A stretch of 61,610 nt of DNA, filler included, from Choristocarpus tenellus KU-1152 (lineage: Eukaryota; Protista; Phaeophyceae), in assembly GCA_964200185.2 (NCBI GenBank). It is 5 parts of 5 records of this genome, joined end to end, with 100 filler letters (N's around TTAATTAATTAA, not from the genome) between each part and the next. Parts side by side here need not be neighbours in the genome. Positions count along the whole stretch, not along the records: positions 12,478 to 41,386 come from CAXNAD020000116.1; 4 more parts are not named here. One strand, written 5' to 3'. The notes beneath the pieces were generated by a model. The model was not told the DNA's origin and did no database searches. It saw only the letters and a program-made list of their open reading frames with translations. This document shows, in pieces, positions 25,955 to 39,373 of this stretch; position 1 is the stretch's first letter, and each line of letters starts with the position of its first letter. A program made the position numbers and the translations under genes.

Positions 25955-26520
25955 GTGAGAGTGACAACAGCAAAAGGCGTAAATGCATTACATACAATAT
26001 ATGGGGGCTCTTTTGATCCTCGTAGTTATAACCTCAACACCTTCGCGGTGGAAAGTTTTGGGCGCCTCGGCAAGCAAGTGGAACGCTTCCTGGATGAGCT
26101 AGCTACACACGCGGTAGGGGGGAGAGGAACTGGTGGCTACATGAGAAAAGGTGCCGTCAAATCCCGCCTACGCCAGATAGTTTCACTCACAACGCAAGTA
26201 GCCCTACCTAGACAGGTCATGCGTTTTAAGCTGGAGTCTCCAGGGAGATAGGCAAGGAGAGGTTTATTAGATTCGTTGGGATGCTTCCCTAGGTACTCAC
26301 CCTGGGGTGCAGGAATAATAGGTTTGAGGCAGAGGAAGGCAATAGTACAACATAGATATGTAGTGGTAAAATAGGAAATAGACCAACGTTTTTTACTTTT
26401 GTTACAACTGTTACTTCTTTAGGGATTTTTCAGACATGTGAATAGTTTTCATTAGTTTTTCCCTTGGCACATCTGGAAAATGTCAGAGGGCATAATAATA
26501 AAAATATAGAAATAATAATA
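25955..26520 (+). mobile_element. 5'-truncated non-LTR retrotransposon with restriction-like endonuclease C-terminus (CRE-like), 3' UTR and AAT-rich tail
   Basis: FAVESFGRLG motif typical of the C-terminus of RLE-type LINEs; the 3' UTR recurs at 12478-12745 and, inverted, at 33483-33549. Confidence 0.75.
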
Positions 26521-28845
26521 ATGCTATCACCATATGGAAATGTGACACGAGTTCTAACAACACAGATCTAAGTGATAGAACGGAAGTGTTTTCACTTAGT
26601 CTCTGAAAGTTGTAATGGGTTGGGTTTACAACATAAATAATGATGATGATAGTCCCATTAGAAGAAACAATTAAACAAATCAGGTAAGGCATTGAAAAAA
26701 GGTGTATGGGCGAAATCAGAATATAATAGTGGTGAACTTCTTAGTGGGTTAATAGGTAATACTTGGCATCCATTTCCAAAATTGATGCGGCATCAAATAT
26801 ATAAGTACCGCGTACTAGTTATTATTCCCTGTATTCTTTGCAATAATATTATTAATTGTGTCAACTATGGTGAAATATCAGTTCAACTCTAATTTTGCAC
26901 ATTGAAAGTGAAGATCGAAACTCATAATAGTAACATTGTTTTAGTCAACTTGGTGAGATCAAGAAATCCAAGTCCCTCCTATAATATCGACGAGTAAGGT
27001 AATTATTGTGGATTAAATACTAGAGGTAAAAGCTGTTTCTCTACGTTCTTCCAACTAACTCTTGATAATAGGTTGTGAGACTACTAGCAACATGTGACAT
27101 GTGCGTAACACAGGAGGAATCATTTCAGAAAAGTCGGGAAGGTGGATTTAGGGTGTGGCTGGAACTCATTCACTTTTTTACCCAATCTTTTTTCTTCAAA
27201 CACTGATTAAGCTGTGGTTCCATGTTGTCGATAGTGGCTTTGATGATTACAATAAGTCAAACTAAACGAAAGTTACCCAGATTTTGTCCGTTTTGTATTT
27301 CAAACTCATGCTCACTGCAATCAACCTGTAGTGTACATTCTGCAACTAACTCTGGACTAAGATCGTCAAGTCCAACGACCTCACACCAACAACATATGCA
27401 AGGGTGAGGAACACACAGCAAATTCTGCAATAATGCAACATACTCCCAGACAAATCGTCTAACCACAAATAACTTCAACTTATTTTCCTAAACATTCAAC
27501 TCGGTAAACCCAATCGATTCATTGCTACTCTCAATATGCTGTGATACTACACAGAAGTATGTCCCTTAGTCAATGTAGGACACAACCTCCATATATCTGA
27601 TTCGAAATTGACACTATAACTCGGTAAATGCCCTCTTCTCTTTCTGCGATTGTACAACGTAACATCTTTTTGCCCTCTCTCGGGGTCCCTAAAATGCAAT
27701 CCTGCCTACGTCTTGGTTTGACTCAGTTGAGATCAACAACTACTCCTGATACGTATCTACTATCCCCAAAAAATGCCCGTGTGGACAATAACATGCACTG
27801 CGTGTAAGTGCAATATATAGTAGTATGTAATACCTAGTATTATGTACTATCACTGTAAGGATTGTATTTTAAATAATGACTTAACAAGCATATAGGTGGG
27901 CCGACCCTCCCATGCTATATCACACTGTAGTACATGAACAGAAAATTGTAATTTTTTCACTACTACTGCCTACTGTCTTTGGACATGCAGACGTTCACAC
28001 TTAAACACTCCCAGCACTAGGCCACTCACAGTTTATTTTGCCGAAGAAGTTTGACCTGTCTTTTATTACACACATTCAAAACGAAGTTGCTACCACCAGT
28101 AGTGACTAATTTTGGTTGAAACTCTTCAAAATAGCATTCTATCATCCAACTATGTGTGAAGCTGACCCCCATTCCTCCCATGTCCCTACTCTATCACTTC
28201 CTCCCCATCAACCTCTTGAGCAACAGGGAGGGTTGGGTGCAAGTTGATCGATTTCCTTCTAGCATCTCTTCCTGTAGGTTCCCCACTTCTCACAAGAACA
28301 TGGGTCCTTTTTCTGGGCTATAGAGTAAGTTGCCGTGATGGGTAGGACTTTGAGTACTTCCCCAATCCATCTCCTTTTAACCCCTCCGATTTATTCCCTA
28401 ACCATAAATCACAAATTTCCCTACCTTGAAACTTATATCTCGTCATATCATCTCGTCATCCCATACTTACGATTTATATGAAGAACATATAGAAGTGAGT
28501 ATTGAAAAATATAAAATAGAATAATAGTACAGACGTTCACATTGAACAAACCCGAACAGCCCACTAACAATAGTTAATATCTCATCATTTGCCACATTTT
28601 TACATATTTTTTAACAACCAACCAATTGATTGGTCGTTGTGAGGTGTTTATGTGTCATTTTCTCGGCGAAACCGCCAAGTATGTTGATATTTACACCACA
28701 TACTACAAACACTATTGAATAAATATAAATGATGTTTCATTTTATTACCCATCCCCAATTCCCCAACACCACAACCATTACAATATCAACTTCTTACATC
28801 GCGTTACCCAGCAGACATCAACAAAGAGGATCACACACACGAGTG

Positions 28846-31734
28846 ATGGAGCCTGTGCCACTCGTAAAACGACCTCATCCTCGAACGCGTTCGTTTTTTG
28901 AACGATTTTCAAGGGGGATAGGAGGTGCAGTGCGACGTGCGATTGGGCGAGGATCGACCCCTGAGCACAATCATGAGGAAGGAGGACAGGCCGCCGATAG
29001 CGAAACCCTCTCAAGTTCATCCTCTTCATCAACAACAGGAATACACGTATCTACATCATCATTGACAGAGGTAGGGGAAGTGCGGCAGGTCTCGCCCATT
29101 CAGGAGGAAGCCCTTGATATCCTCTTGGTATTGTGTGATTGTTCATCCAACGCACTGCTTGATCTCGATACGGATAAAAACATAGGAAAGGGGAAGGGGA
29201 AGGGGAAGGGGAAGGGGAAGGCGAAGGCGAGGGTCACTGTTCATGAGGGATCTTATGGGACGAAAACAGATGCCCTAGCGAGGCTGTCGTACAAAGGGAC
29301 ACATCTTCTATCCATGCGAAAATCAGAGCTTGTGAGTGCCTTGGAAAGCCTCCGCCTAGAGGCTACAGGCCTAAAATCAGTTCTCCAAGTCCGACTGGGG
29401 GTAGAAATATGTGATCTCCTTATTCTGGGTGCTACTGTCCAAGGGGGGATTGTTGGAATGCAGCCCCCGGGGACAAGCAACACAGTGCTTGAAGATGGGA
29501 GTGACGCAGGTGACACTTTCAGGGGTGTACCCATCTCAAGCATGACTGTGGTGGTACTGATCAAGCACCTAAGAGAACTGGGGATAAGGACAGTGGGGAA
29601 GAAAAAGGCTGACCTGGTGCTCAGCCTCAGGGAAGCAATCCAAAGTGATGGGATGGTTATGATAGAGAGCAAGGCGCCAGAAAGTACCGCAACCACAGGT
29701 GTTGGTAAGGGGGAAGGGGGTGCTGGTAGTGGCATCAACGTCAACACAAACAGTGGAGATATTGAACAGGAAGGCGAGATCACTACTGCTGGTAATGATG
29801 AAGGTGGAAGTGAAGGAGAGGGAGGAATCATGGACCAACAAGTCTCTCGCTGCAGCTTGGTGCTTGGTAGCGAATATTGTGATAGTGAGGGAAGCAGTGG
29901 GGGAGGCCTTAGCGACATGGACAGTGATGGAGGTGTGGGAGGAGTGGAGTCTATGGGTGCTCAAAGTGAGGTAACCCTTGACGAGATTGAAGGAGATCGA
30001 GAACAGGTGGTGGATGGTGAGTTGGAAGTGATGGAATTCAAGGTAAGGCCTTTTTTTTAGCGCTGTATTTGTGATTAAGAATGCTTCCAAATAAGTTTCT
30101 TGCGGTGTAGTTTCGATTGATATACAGAGGCACAGTTTGTTGAACTCGAGGAATCCTGTCCCTTCTCCAAAGAGGCTAATATAGAGGGAGGGTGGTGGGG
30201 AGAAGGGCAATTGTTCGTTATTGTTGTTTGCTGGCATGGTAAGGGAGAAAACAGTTTAGAGAAGTATTGTAGCAATGTCAGTAGTTGCATTCTCCAATAC
30301 ACTATGTCTACTCCTTACTCACATCCTCACCAAAAAGTGTGAGCCCTGCTGATCTTGATTGGTACTACCTTTTCCACAACCTAGTAACAACTCTAGAGAA
30401 TGCTGTTTCTTCTTTTTATCTGACCAAAACCTTGAAGCACCACCCCAGGTTTCACAAACTGTAGATTGTCGTTTAGTTTCATACCTGGGTCTCACCACTT
30501 CCCTTCTACTTTGATTTATCACCCTTTCCCATCCCAACCCCATGGTCCTGGACGTTTTATCAATAGGTCCTCCTTTTCCAGATCTAAAGCCCTTGAACAT
30601 GCAACTCTATCTCTTTGTGGTGAAGTGCTTCATGTTGACCTTTTGACCCTGGCGTCTCCAACTATCTAATCCCAATTCCAATCCCAATGGTAATTGTAAC
30701 CCCACGAACAGGAATCTTCACCACGTCATCCATCACTTGGAACATCTCGCTTTGGTTATCCCACGGTAAGATCAAGTTTTTTTTTCTGGAAGTGATTGAA
30801 AATGTGGGGGGTAGGGATGAAACATGGAGCTTGTGCTATTGGGCTACACTATGCTTTGAAAATGCATGTGTGATGTGTTTTGTTTATTGTTTGTCTTGCT
30901 CCTCTGATTCACTGTGTGCCTTACTGGGCTGTTAGTATCATTGATCAGTAGCAATGCCTTGGTGATGAGTTGTTTCTTTCGAGACAAGATCATGTGATTT
31001 TGTTTTGGTGTAAGCAGCCTTTTGATTTGTAATCTGTGATATTTGAAATTTACCCAATGCTCCCCTCTCCCCTCCCTCCCCTCCCACAGTCTCCAATATC
31101 TCCACTTTCATTTTCACCATCTCTTAATTTGGGGCTTGGTCTGGTCTCACCGATGATGGCATACTCTGAGCTGGGCTCTGTTCCTAAAGTGGACTCGAGA
31201 ATTCCAAAGGCCTCCATGCCCCCTCCAGCAACTCCTTTGAGAGGGGTGAAGAGGAAGGTGGAGGGAAGTGCCATCGGTGGTAGCAACAGCAGCAGCAGCA
31301 GCAGTGAAAGCGACAGTGGAGACCTAATCATGTTCTCATCCTTGTGTGATGCGTTGAGGTCCAATACTATGATGGATACTGAGGACGAGGAACCTGGCCC
31401 AGAATTGATGTCTATCTTGGACTCTATGTGCAAACGTCAAAAGACTCATGGTATTGAATATTGCTATCCCACCATGGTTAACAGCGGTGCAGGAGCAACT
31501 GCAGCCGAGGGCTGTGCGGCTGCCAAGTCTCCTTCTCCTGTGGTGTTGCCCAGCCCCACTCCATCTGCTCCAGGGGTTCAGGGGGGTATGAGCTTTGACA
31601 TGTCCACCTTCAACAATTCTATGGAGTGGAAGTGTGACATGTGCTTGGTCAAGAATGGACTGAAGAACACAAAGTGCCAGTGGTGTGATACGCCCAAGTC
31701 AGGTGCTACTGCTTGGGCTGCCGCTTCTCTCTAG
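28846..31734 (+). CDS. SAP-domain protein with C-terminal RanBP2-type zinc finger; exons about 28846-30042, possibly 30712-30765, and 31090-31734
   Basis: Two SAP motifs (LSMRKSELVSALESLRLEATGLKSVLQVRL; SSMTVVVLIKHLRELGIRTVGKKKADLVLSL). A phase-0 donor at 30043 and phase-0 acceptor at 31089 are compatible. WKCDMCLVKN...KCQWCDTPK fits W-x-C-x2-C-x3-N-x6-C-x2-C. The start and the exon linkage are inferred. Confidence 0.65.
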
Positions 31735-33109
31735 TCTATGCCAGGATTCTTCTCCTTGAGTGGGTTCAGAGTTAGTGGCACTGTGTCCATATCGGGTTGG
31801 GACCATCTTGGCTCTTAACCCAGTGGAGGATTGGGTGCAGTTTCTTACCCAGTCTGCCCCAAGCAAAACCCTGATTATGTTGCTTTTGGTAGTTAATCTT
31901 CTAATGGCCTGTTCCCTGCTGTTGCAGGTCTTGATTAGGACAGACTTTGCACCTGGGTCTGCTCCAGCAAGTGCTTCTTCAGGTTGATTCTCCTTGGGGT
32001 ACCTCCCCTTGAGTCATTAGCAGTTGGAACATACATGTGTGATTGCCACCCCTTCTCTTTGTGTCCTTATTGGTGTGAGGTAGCCGACATAATTGCAACT
32101 GTTTTTGTGTTGCCGATGGTGATAAAGGGTGATTGCACTGAGACATGACTGTGGAGGTATTGTATGTCAACAGTTGATGGTTAGAATATTGAAGAAGTTC
32201 TGCTAGGTAGTGGAGGCATGAGCTGGATATGGGACATGTTGGGTTGCTAATGGCTCTGCCATGAAGACAGTAACATGTTGGGCAGGGAAGGTTGATTGGC
32301 ACTCTTGTGGAGAATTTTGTAGAAGATGACCATGACCGCTTGCCAAGATTTGCGGCTCATTGTAGAGGGGCATTCTGCTGGAGTGCAGTGTTTACATGCA
32401 CCTGTACTGTGGTTTTTGTGTATGGTAAATCAAGAGGAGAATTTATATAGTGTTGTTCATAGGAGAAACTGCTTTTTAAACATGGTATTGTTTTTATGGT
32501 GTGTTGTCTCTGGCTGATGACTGTTGTGGGGTGTTTGATTGTTTTTAAGTTTTGGCCTATGATTTTTCTCAATTGCAGAAGTCGCTTTTAACATGGTCTT
32601 GTTTAACGGTGTAGTCAGTATGTCTCTTGCTGAACTGGGGGTGTGTGTTTTTGCTGTAACTTGAATTGTTGTGTGTTGGGTTGTGTTTGTGTGTTTGTTT
32701 TCTCTGATGCCGAGTAGGAACAAATGAGGTGGTGGAAGAGGGGGTGCTTATGGCAGTGTATGTCTCACAGAGTTGACTGGGAATATGGTATTTGATGAGT
32801 GTTCAACAGAAGGTGTCGGCATTTATGGTGAGATCGTGAAAGCATCCTGGCTTCACAAGCATGTACATGTCCTATGGTTGAAGCAAGACATGTATTCAGT
32901 TGATTGTCACTTGTTGAGAGGTGTGGACTAATGTGTGTTTGGTTATGGTTTGCTTTTTATTCGAATCCTTTATTTGGTATCTGAGTGGTGTGCAACTCTG
33001 TCTGACTGTTTCAAGTGAACCTTTCCCAAAGGTGATGTAGTCATTGATCCCACTAGAAGAGCTATTTTTGGTAGATATGATTTTTTTATGAGAAGCTCTT
33101 TTTTTTCAT

Positions 33110-35520
33110 TGTTTCATATAATACTGAAGCATGAACCAATCAACATAAATCTGTGATATCTTCTTTCTATTTTTTAATTTATCGAGAGCCAAATCAATTG
33201 AGAGGTAGGCAAGTTTTGGGCCCTTTCGCATTCTCAGCCATCTTTCGCACTCTGTACAATACACCCTATTTAATTGCCCTATATTCTCAATAGTGCACAC
33301 AAAATCAGTATTCACCCTCTACATACACAAGGGTGACACCACAATTTAGCAAAGGCTCTTTCTGCAACTGTACAAAACGACACATTTTTGCTCTTTCTTG
33401 GGACCCTTAAAATTTAACCCTAACCCTAACCCTAACTACCTCTCGGTTTGACTAAGAGTTTGACTTAGAGTGTATATTCAATATTTTATTATTATGCCCT
33501 CTGACATTTTGCAGATGTGTCAGGGGGGAAACCAATGAAAACTATATTCAATATTGTGACGAGATGGTAGTCTGTAATGAAGGCGTGCACCACTGTATGT
33601 GTGTGATTGTGTTTATGGAGGAAACTTCATCGTCTTCTGTAGTTAGTAGTTTTGGTTGAAATGCCACAATTTGGAGGGGAAAGTGAATTATCACTAGCCC
33701 ACAGATTTCTCCACTTAGGTTGAAGTAGATAATACGAATAATAATTCGTAAACTATTTGTTCAGATTTTCTCTTTGGCGCAGATCAGTTCTTGCTCCAGA
33801 AGATTTGTTTTAAAAACCTAAATGTTTAGGTCAATTTTTTTTATCTTGACATCATTTGCAATAGATGTACATACACTATTGATCTAGCATTATTATGCCT
33901 TATATATATTAGATGTTTATGAAGTATTAATATGTTTTATATATACAGTCCTTACGATGTACAATTGGTGTTGAAATTAAATATTTATTTGACTGTACAC
34001 AGAAAATTAAACTATATTTCTTGTAAATACTTATTTCTTAGCAACCAGATGACTCTATTCCACTTGTGAAATATACGTAATTGCGAAAAATACCTAATTG
34101 ACATCGTTAAGTCTTAGTTTGTTGTCCTTGTTTGTATTTTATTTTTTCAACTGTCAAATACAGTTTGAACGAAGAGATCAATATCTGTTATTGTTTCTTT
34201 AATTCTATGTTCCCTACCCAGATATGTGCTATTAAAATAGCTCTATATAAGGAAATTAGGGCCTTGTGGAAGCATAATTAGGTCATCAACAGTTTGAACT
34301 GATAAATTAGTAAGGAAGCATCTCCATTACTTAAAGCTTATAATTCAGGTGATGAAAAAGAATAACGTTACCTTTAATAAAGTTCCTGCACGAGCGCTCA
34401 AATAAAGATAGTAACAATGTAGAGTTGAACTCATCAGAAGAAGCAAATCAAGCGATTCCTTAGTCTAATTTTGAAGGTACAATAGCTCATTTCCAGTATT
34501 TTAATTTTTGGTATAGAGCCAGTTGAAAATAAAATTCCTGATCTCCCTAATGTGTTTCCCATAAATCTTGAAAATTGATAGAAAGATAGATAAGGGGCTG
34601 TCGAATTCCTTCTTGTCAAGCATCCACTAGATTGTACAATATGTAATCAATATGTAATCAATATGAAACCAAGGCAGTGAATGTGATCTCCAAGATCAAG
34701 CTTTTTTAAATATTGGAGAAGCAGATCTCGTTACCTAGAGAATTTTTTTAGTGAAGGATAAAAATCTTGAACCTTTAGTAAAAATCCCACAATATGTTAT
34801 AAATCATTATTTATATATTTTTTCTTAGTGCTATTTGACACATCAATAGTTACTAGCACTCAGACACACAATACATGAGGTTCAACACCAAAGGTCAAAG
34901 CGCAGACTGGGGCTCCAATATGAAAAAAATGAATCTGACTAAAAAGCTCTCAATATCTTCATCAGTTTGGTTGAATTGTCATAATATTGGATTCAGGCTA
35001 TGGGGTTGATTGATCATACAGTATTGTTCTTACTGAAATGTATGTAACTTCCATGTAGTACCTATTTCCCCAAAATTTCTTCTTCTAAGCATAACATTTT
35101 CCCTGGATTTGATGGGAAAACTAGCTAGCTAGGTTTGAAGTCTGGTCTCATTGTACATAGTACATACAGTAGAGACAGTGCATGGGTTTCTCTGGATGTA
35201 GCGTTTTTCTATTAAAAAGAGATATGTCGAGGATGACAATCTGTGAAATAATCGATTTATTGCCACAATTGCTTGCTCAACAAGGAGACCGAAAATAGTA
35301 CATTGAAATATGTTGAGTAGTGTAAGTATATCCTGGAATATCTGTTAGGTTGGTTAAGCTCTCATTAGATTCCCGGCTAGCTCCATTCCAGTAATGCAGT
35401 ATTTCCTTGCAAAAATAATGGAACTAGCATGACATTTGTTGACAGTGTGAGAAGATTCAAAGGTAGAATGTCCCTATTATTGATGCCTTTGATATTGGTA
35501 CTGACCATTGGCATAGTTGT
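33110..35520 (-). pseudogene. AT-rich relic of a leucine-rich-repeat gene
   Basis: Scattered minus-strand LRR-like peptides among many stops: IVILDIS, LQYLKKLDLG, GNTLGRSG...IPKIKILEMSYC, RNLWASDNSLS. Confidence 0.3.
33483..33549 (-). mobile_element. Extreme 3' end of the CRE-like LINE, inverted
   Basis: TTATTATGCCCTCTGACATTTTGCAGATGTG is the reverse complement of the terminus seen near 12705-12736. Confidence 0.75.
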
Positions 35521-36582
35521 ACTGTTTGGCTGTGTTGCAATAAGGGATCACTTTCAGTGTTAGATAGGTTCATTACTTCAAACAGAGGAGGGGGTAGGGC
35601 TGCAGTTTTTTTTTTTATAGGGGCCTTTTTTGGGGTGGGTCATTGACCAGTTGGGATATACTTCTGCCTTCTGCTGGCTTGGAAACCGTCAGCTATTAGA
35701 GTGGTTAGAATATGTTATGTTCCATCCGCTAACTGTATAACAAATACTTCAAAGTACTTTATAAATTCAATGTATACTGTGAACACTACCTTTGTTAACG
35801 TGTATAGTCATATGGTACCACCAACTATACTTGGTCCCACTTGTAAGCACTTGAGGGCTAGCAATGCTGCTGCTCATCAACACAGAAACAAGCCCGAAGC
35901 AGCTCCAGATCATATACACAATTAATATAATATCGTATCATTCTAACTATCACCACAACTATCATTCATTCGGAATAAATAATTTTTTTTTTATTATCGG
36001 TATTTTTGTGATACCTTGAAGCATGGCTCAGCATTGTTGTCATTATCGTCATCGAAATATTATTGAATATCATAATATTATTGAATATCATTGCTATCAG
36101 CTATCACTATCAATATTTACACATTATTGATTGTCTTCACATTAGTTTGAGGGCAACTATAAACACGATAACTGAGAAAAAGCGAAAGACACTACAAACA
36201 ATAAAATATATAGAGAAATATCAGAAACACTCAATTCAGCTGTGAAGGAAAGCCAAGAGACAGACGGGAAAAACGCACAACTATATTGTAGCACTCAATT
36301 CTTGGGATAGGACATGAACTAGCGTTTTTTAAAGATTGCAAGGCCCTACCAGGAAGAAAGGGAGAATAAAATAAAACTCAGTGGTCACACCTGGTTTATC
36401 CAATTCAAACAATACTCAATACATTTCACAGAGAGCTGAGAGGAACGCAAGAGCGATCAGTCCCCAAGTGGAAGGAGACAACGAGCTAAGAAGTAACAGT
36501 CAACATGCAGTGGTGAGGGTACATCTGCCCTGATGTACTCTGAAGTGTCTTGCTTAAAGCCTCTCCTTTAGCATGAGGTATG

Positions 36583-36850
36583 GAGCCATAGCATTTATGA
36601 GGGTAGGGCCACACCTGTTCGGGGTCTTAAATCCAATGCTGTTGTATCGGTGAATTTTGGCTATTGTGTTTGTTAGCAAGTGTTAATGTCCTTGATTCGG
36701 ACACGCCTTCATAGTCCTATATGTTTTACCTACTCCGAAATCCGAAATGTTCACACAGAAAACCGAAAAAGGGCATTAAAAACGTGTGGGAAGCCAAGCC
36801 CCAAACGGACAAACAGGGCAAAACTCCTACCCTCTTAACTGCTTTGGCTC
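36583..36850. mobile_element. Diverged MITE family A variant
   Basis: GAGCCATAGCATTTATGAGGGTAG...TACCCTCTTAACTGCTTTGGCTC; TSD TATG/TACG. Confidence 0.85.
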
Positions 36851-37279
36851 TACGTCAGTTATCACAGCTTCTCTGTCTGGCATGTCACTCATTCTCCATT
36901 TACCACACACTCATGTCACAGTCATTGTTGGTTTGTATGTCCTATATTCCACCCCTCAAACAACCATGATCCCCAACTCCTCAAGGTCACCCTGCAGGCA
37001 TACCCACTAGTTCATCTCCTTCTCCAGTCAACCCTGTCTCCACCCTCCATCTGCAAGTTCCCTAATCTTCAACACCTTTGCAAGTCGCTCATCCCCCATA
37101 TGTGCAGCGGACCATTTGACCATGAGGAATCTGTACAGTAGCCTTGATACTAACGCACCATAGACAGTGTGAGATAAGTGCAATCCTGCTTGCGAAATCT
37201 GCAAATTCTGATTGCAAAAACGAGGAACACCATGACAACAGGGGTCAACACTAAGTGAGTTCATAAATATTATTTTATT

Positions 37280-37536
37280 GAGTCAAAGCATCTTAGAGGG
37301 TAGAGCTGCGTCTTTTTGGGGGCCAAAATCCAATGTTGCGATTTTGATGCAATTTAGGCTATCGTGTTTGTTAGGAAGTGTCAATATCCTTGTTTGGACA
37401 CACCTTTTCATGACGTACACACTTTACCTACTCCTAAACTTTTTGGAGTAGGAAAATGTCATTGAAAAACCCATGGAAGCCAAGCCCCAAATGGACGAAC
37501 AGGGCAAAACTTGTACCCTTTAATATACTTTCACTC
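37280..37536. mobile_element. MITE family A copy
   Basis: GAGTCAAAGCATCTTAGAGGG...ATACTTTCACTC; 4-bp TSD TATT. Confidence 0.92.
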
Positions 37537-38629
37537 TATTTTGACCTTATTAGCTAGGTGAAGGGTGAGGCCAGGGGAGGATCTTAGAGCTGTCTTTCTT
37601 GGCAGATTGATGTAGTATTGTTTTTTTGGTAGATTGGTGCAGTATTGTTGACATATTGTTAATCTCTTCTTGGTGGTAATGTTATTTCTCTCATCTTTTG
37701 TGGTGTGTGCATAGGTGACAAGGAGTGTGGGTAGACAGTCCAGTACATTCTTGAGTATCCAGTGTTTCTATACAATAACAAAGAATCGTAGAGTGATAGC
37801 AACATGGTATGGGAGGTACTTAAAAGGGCGAATGCTCCCTATTGGCTCAATTTGACAATTCTATTGAAGTGAATGTTGCCCTTCGTACCATGTCCCAAAC
37901 CCCTCTCCTTACTCTTCACAGAGATAACTAGACCACCATTATCACAGCAGAGAGTTTTCTTCAAATCGTCATAGTTTTGTCCCAGAAAAAACATCAGATG
38001 ATAAACAGCACTTCTGATAAAGGATCAACTAGAGATGCTTTTTATTAAAAGAATGAGAGTGCTACTACTACTACGTAGTGTTAGCTGCTGCATTATAAAA
38101 GAATAGTATGTAGCATCCTTGCTAGTTTGTGCTTATTGACCAGATGGCGATGATGGTATGGCTTTGTTGGTTTTGATATAAAATGCAATGGAAAGGAATA
38201 AATCAGTTGACACGCATTTTCACCGATAAGGAGACACGCATCAAAAAGCACACTTGAACCATTGGTCAGAAAGGCAATGAAAAAGAGGGTAATAATGAAG
38301 CAGGACCTCTGTACCAAAAAAAAAGATCCATCAGTCAAGTCCATAGAGAGAAGAAAATAAATTGACAGCAAAGCACAATTGAAGCATCAGCTTCTTCATC
38401 AAGGGCCATAACTCGTTGAAGAAGGAGGCACATCTCCATATGCAAGTTGAGAGTATCTAGGTTTTGGTCCTTACACCGGCTAGATACAACCTACTACCAT
38501 CAACACCAAGGAGAATATCCTAGTTTAGGTCATGAATCCAGTTCACTTTCCCTCCACGAAAAAGAGGTCAGCAGACATTATCTCACATGGTTGGTGACCA
38601 AGGCCACTTTCAGGACACAGGTTGTGACT

Positions 38630-38880
38630 GCTTCAACCTCAGTGTTATGCCAGGCATCCATGGAGTATTTTGATTCATCCTCCACACATCTGTCCCACCT
38701 GTTTGAGTCTTTTGCAAGTGAAATCCACCAATCAGGTGCGATGTCGAAAGCCTCAAGGTTATCTTAGAGGTACCACCACAAGTTTTTCTTGGGACCTTCC
38801 TTCTCCAGAATTAGTTGATCGGTAGCATGTTCTTTATAGACGCGTCTTTCTCCAAGCATGCGTCATAAATCGAGGTGTAT
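38630..38880 (-). mobile_element. 3' fragment of an RTE-like LINE ORF
   Basis: EGPKKN..L*DNLEAFDIAPDWWISLAKDSNRWDRCVE matches the RTE C-terminal pattern GRPKK.W...L..DL..F.I....W..LA.DR..W...V. Confidence 0.65.
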
Positions 38881-39373
38881 ATAGAACACACTTGCGGATA
38901 TGCAGGAGTTAATGTAGTAGTAGTGTTAATGACATAAATAGAAGTAACTGCCACTACCACTCACTGTAACTGTCGCACTCACAGTTTAAATCACTTGACT
39001 TTTATCATGCTAATTTAAAATTCAATGCAACTAGGTACGGTATGACAGAGGTCTACAACAAGGGACCCAATTGAACACGGATGGCTGACCAAGCTCAATT
39101 AAATCTGCTTTATTGGAACACCTGTCAAATATGGGGGCAGGGTCTATTGCAATGACGAGAAGCAAATTATTGGGTGTGGATCGCCAACAGGTTCAGTTCA
39201 ATAATCATACATGGAAGACAGATCATTGTGCCACGGTAGCATAGTCTCAAAGCCCACCCCCCTCTGATTGTTGTTGATTTTTGCCTTTACTAGTTTAACT
39301 TTGGTATCGAGCTCTTTGGACTATTAAATTGTGTGATTGCCAATGTCGCAAGCAGTCAAAGCCTCAACCATCA

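Noticed and set aside
29253-30237. Long antisense ORFs (221 and 222 aa)
   Set aside because: Shadows of the low-complexity SAP exon on the plus strand, with no domain features.
38760-38774. 15-bp match to the MITE-A TIR (TATCTTAGAGGGTAC)
   Set aside because: It lies within the reading frame of the RTE-like LINE remnant, with no partner TIR or MITE body; most likely coincidental.
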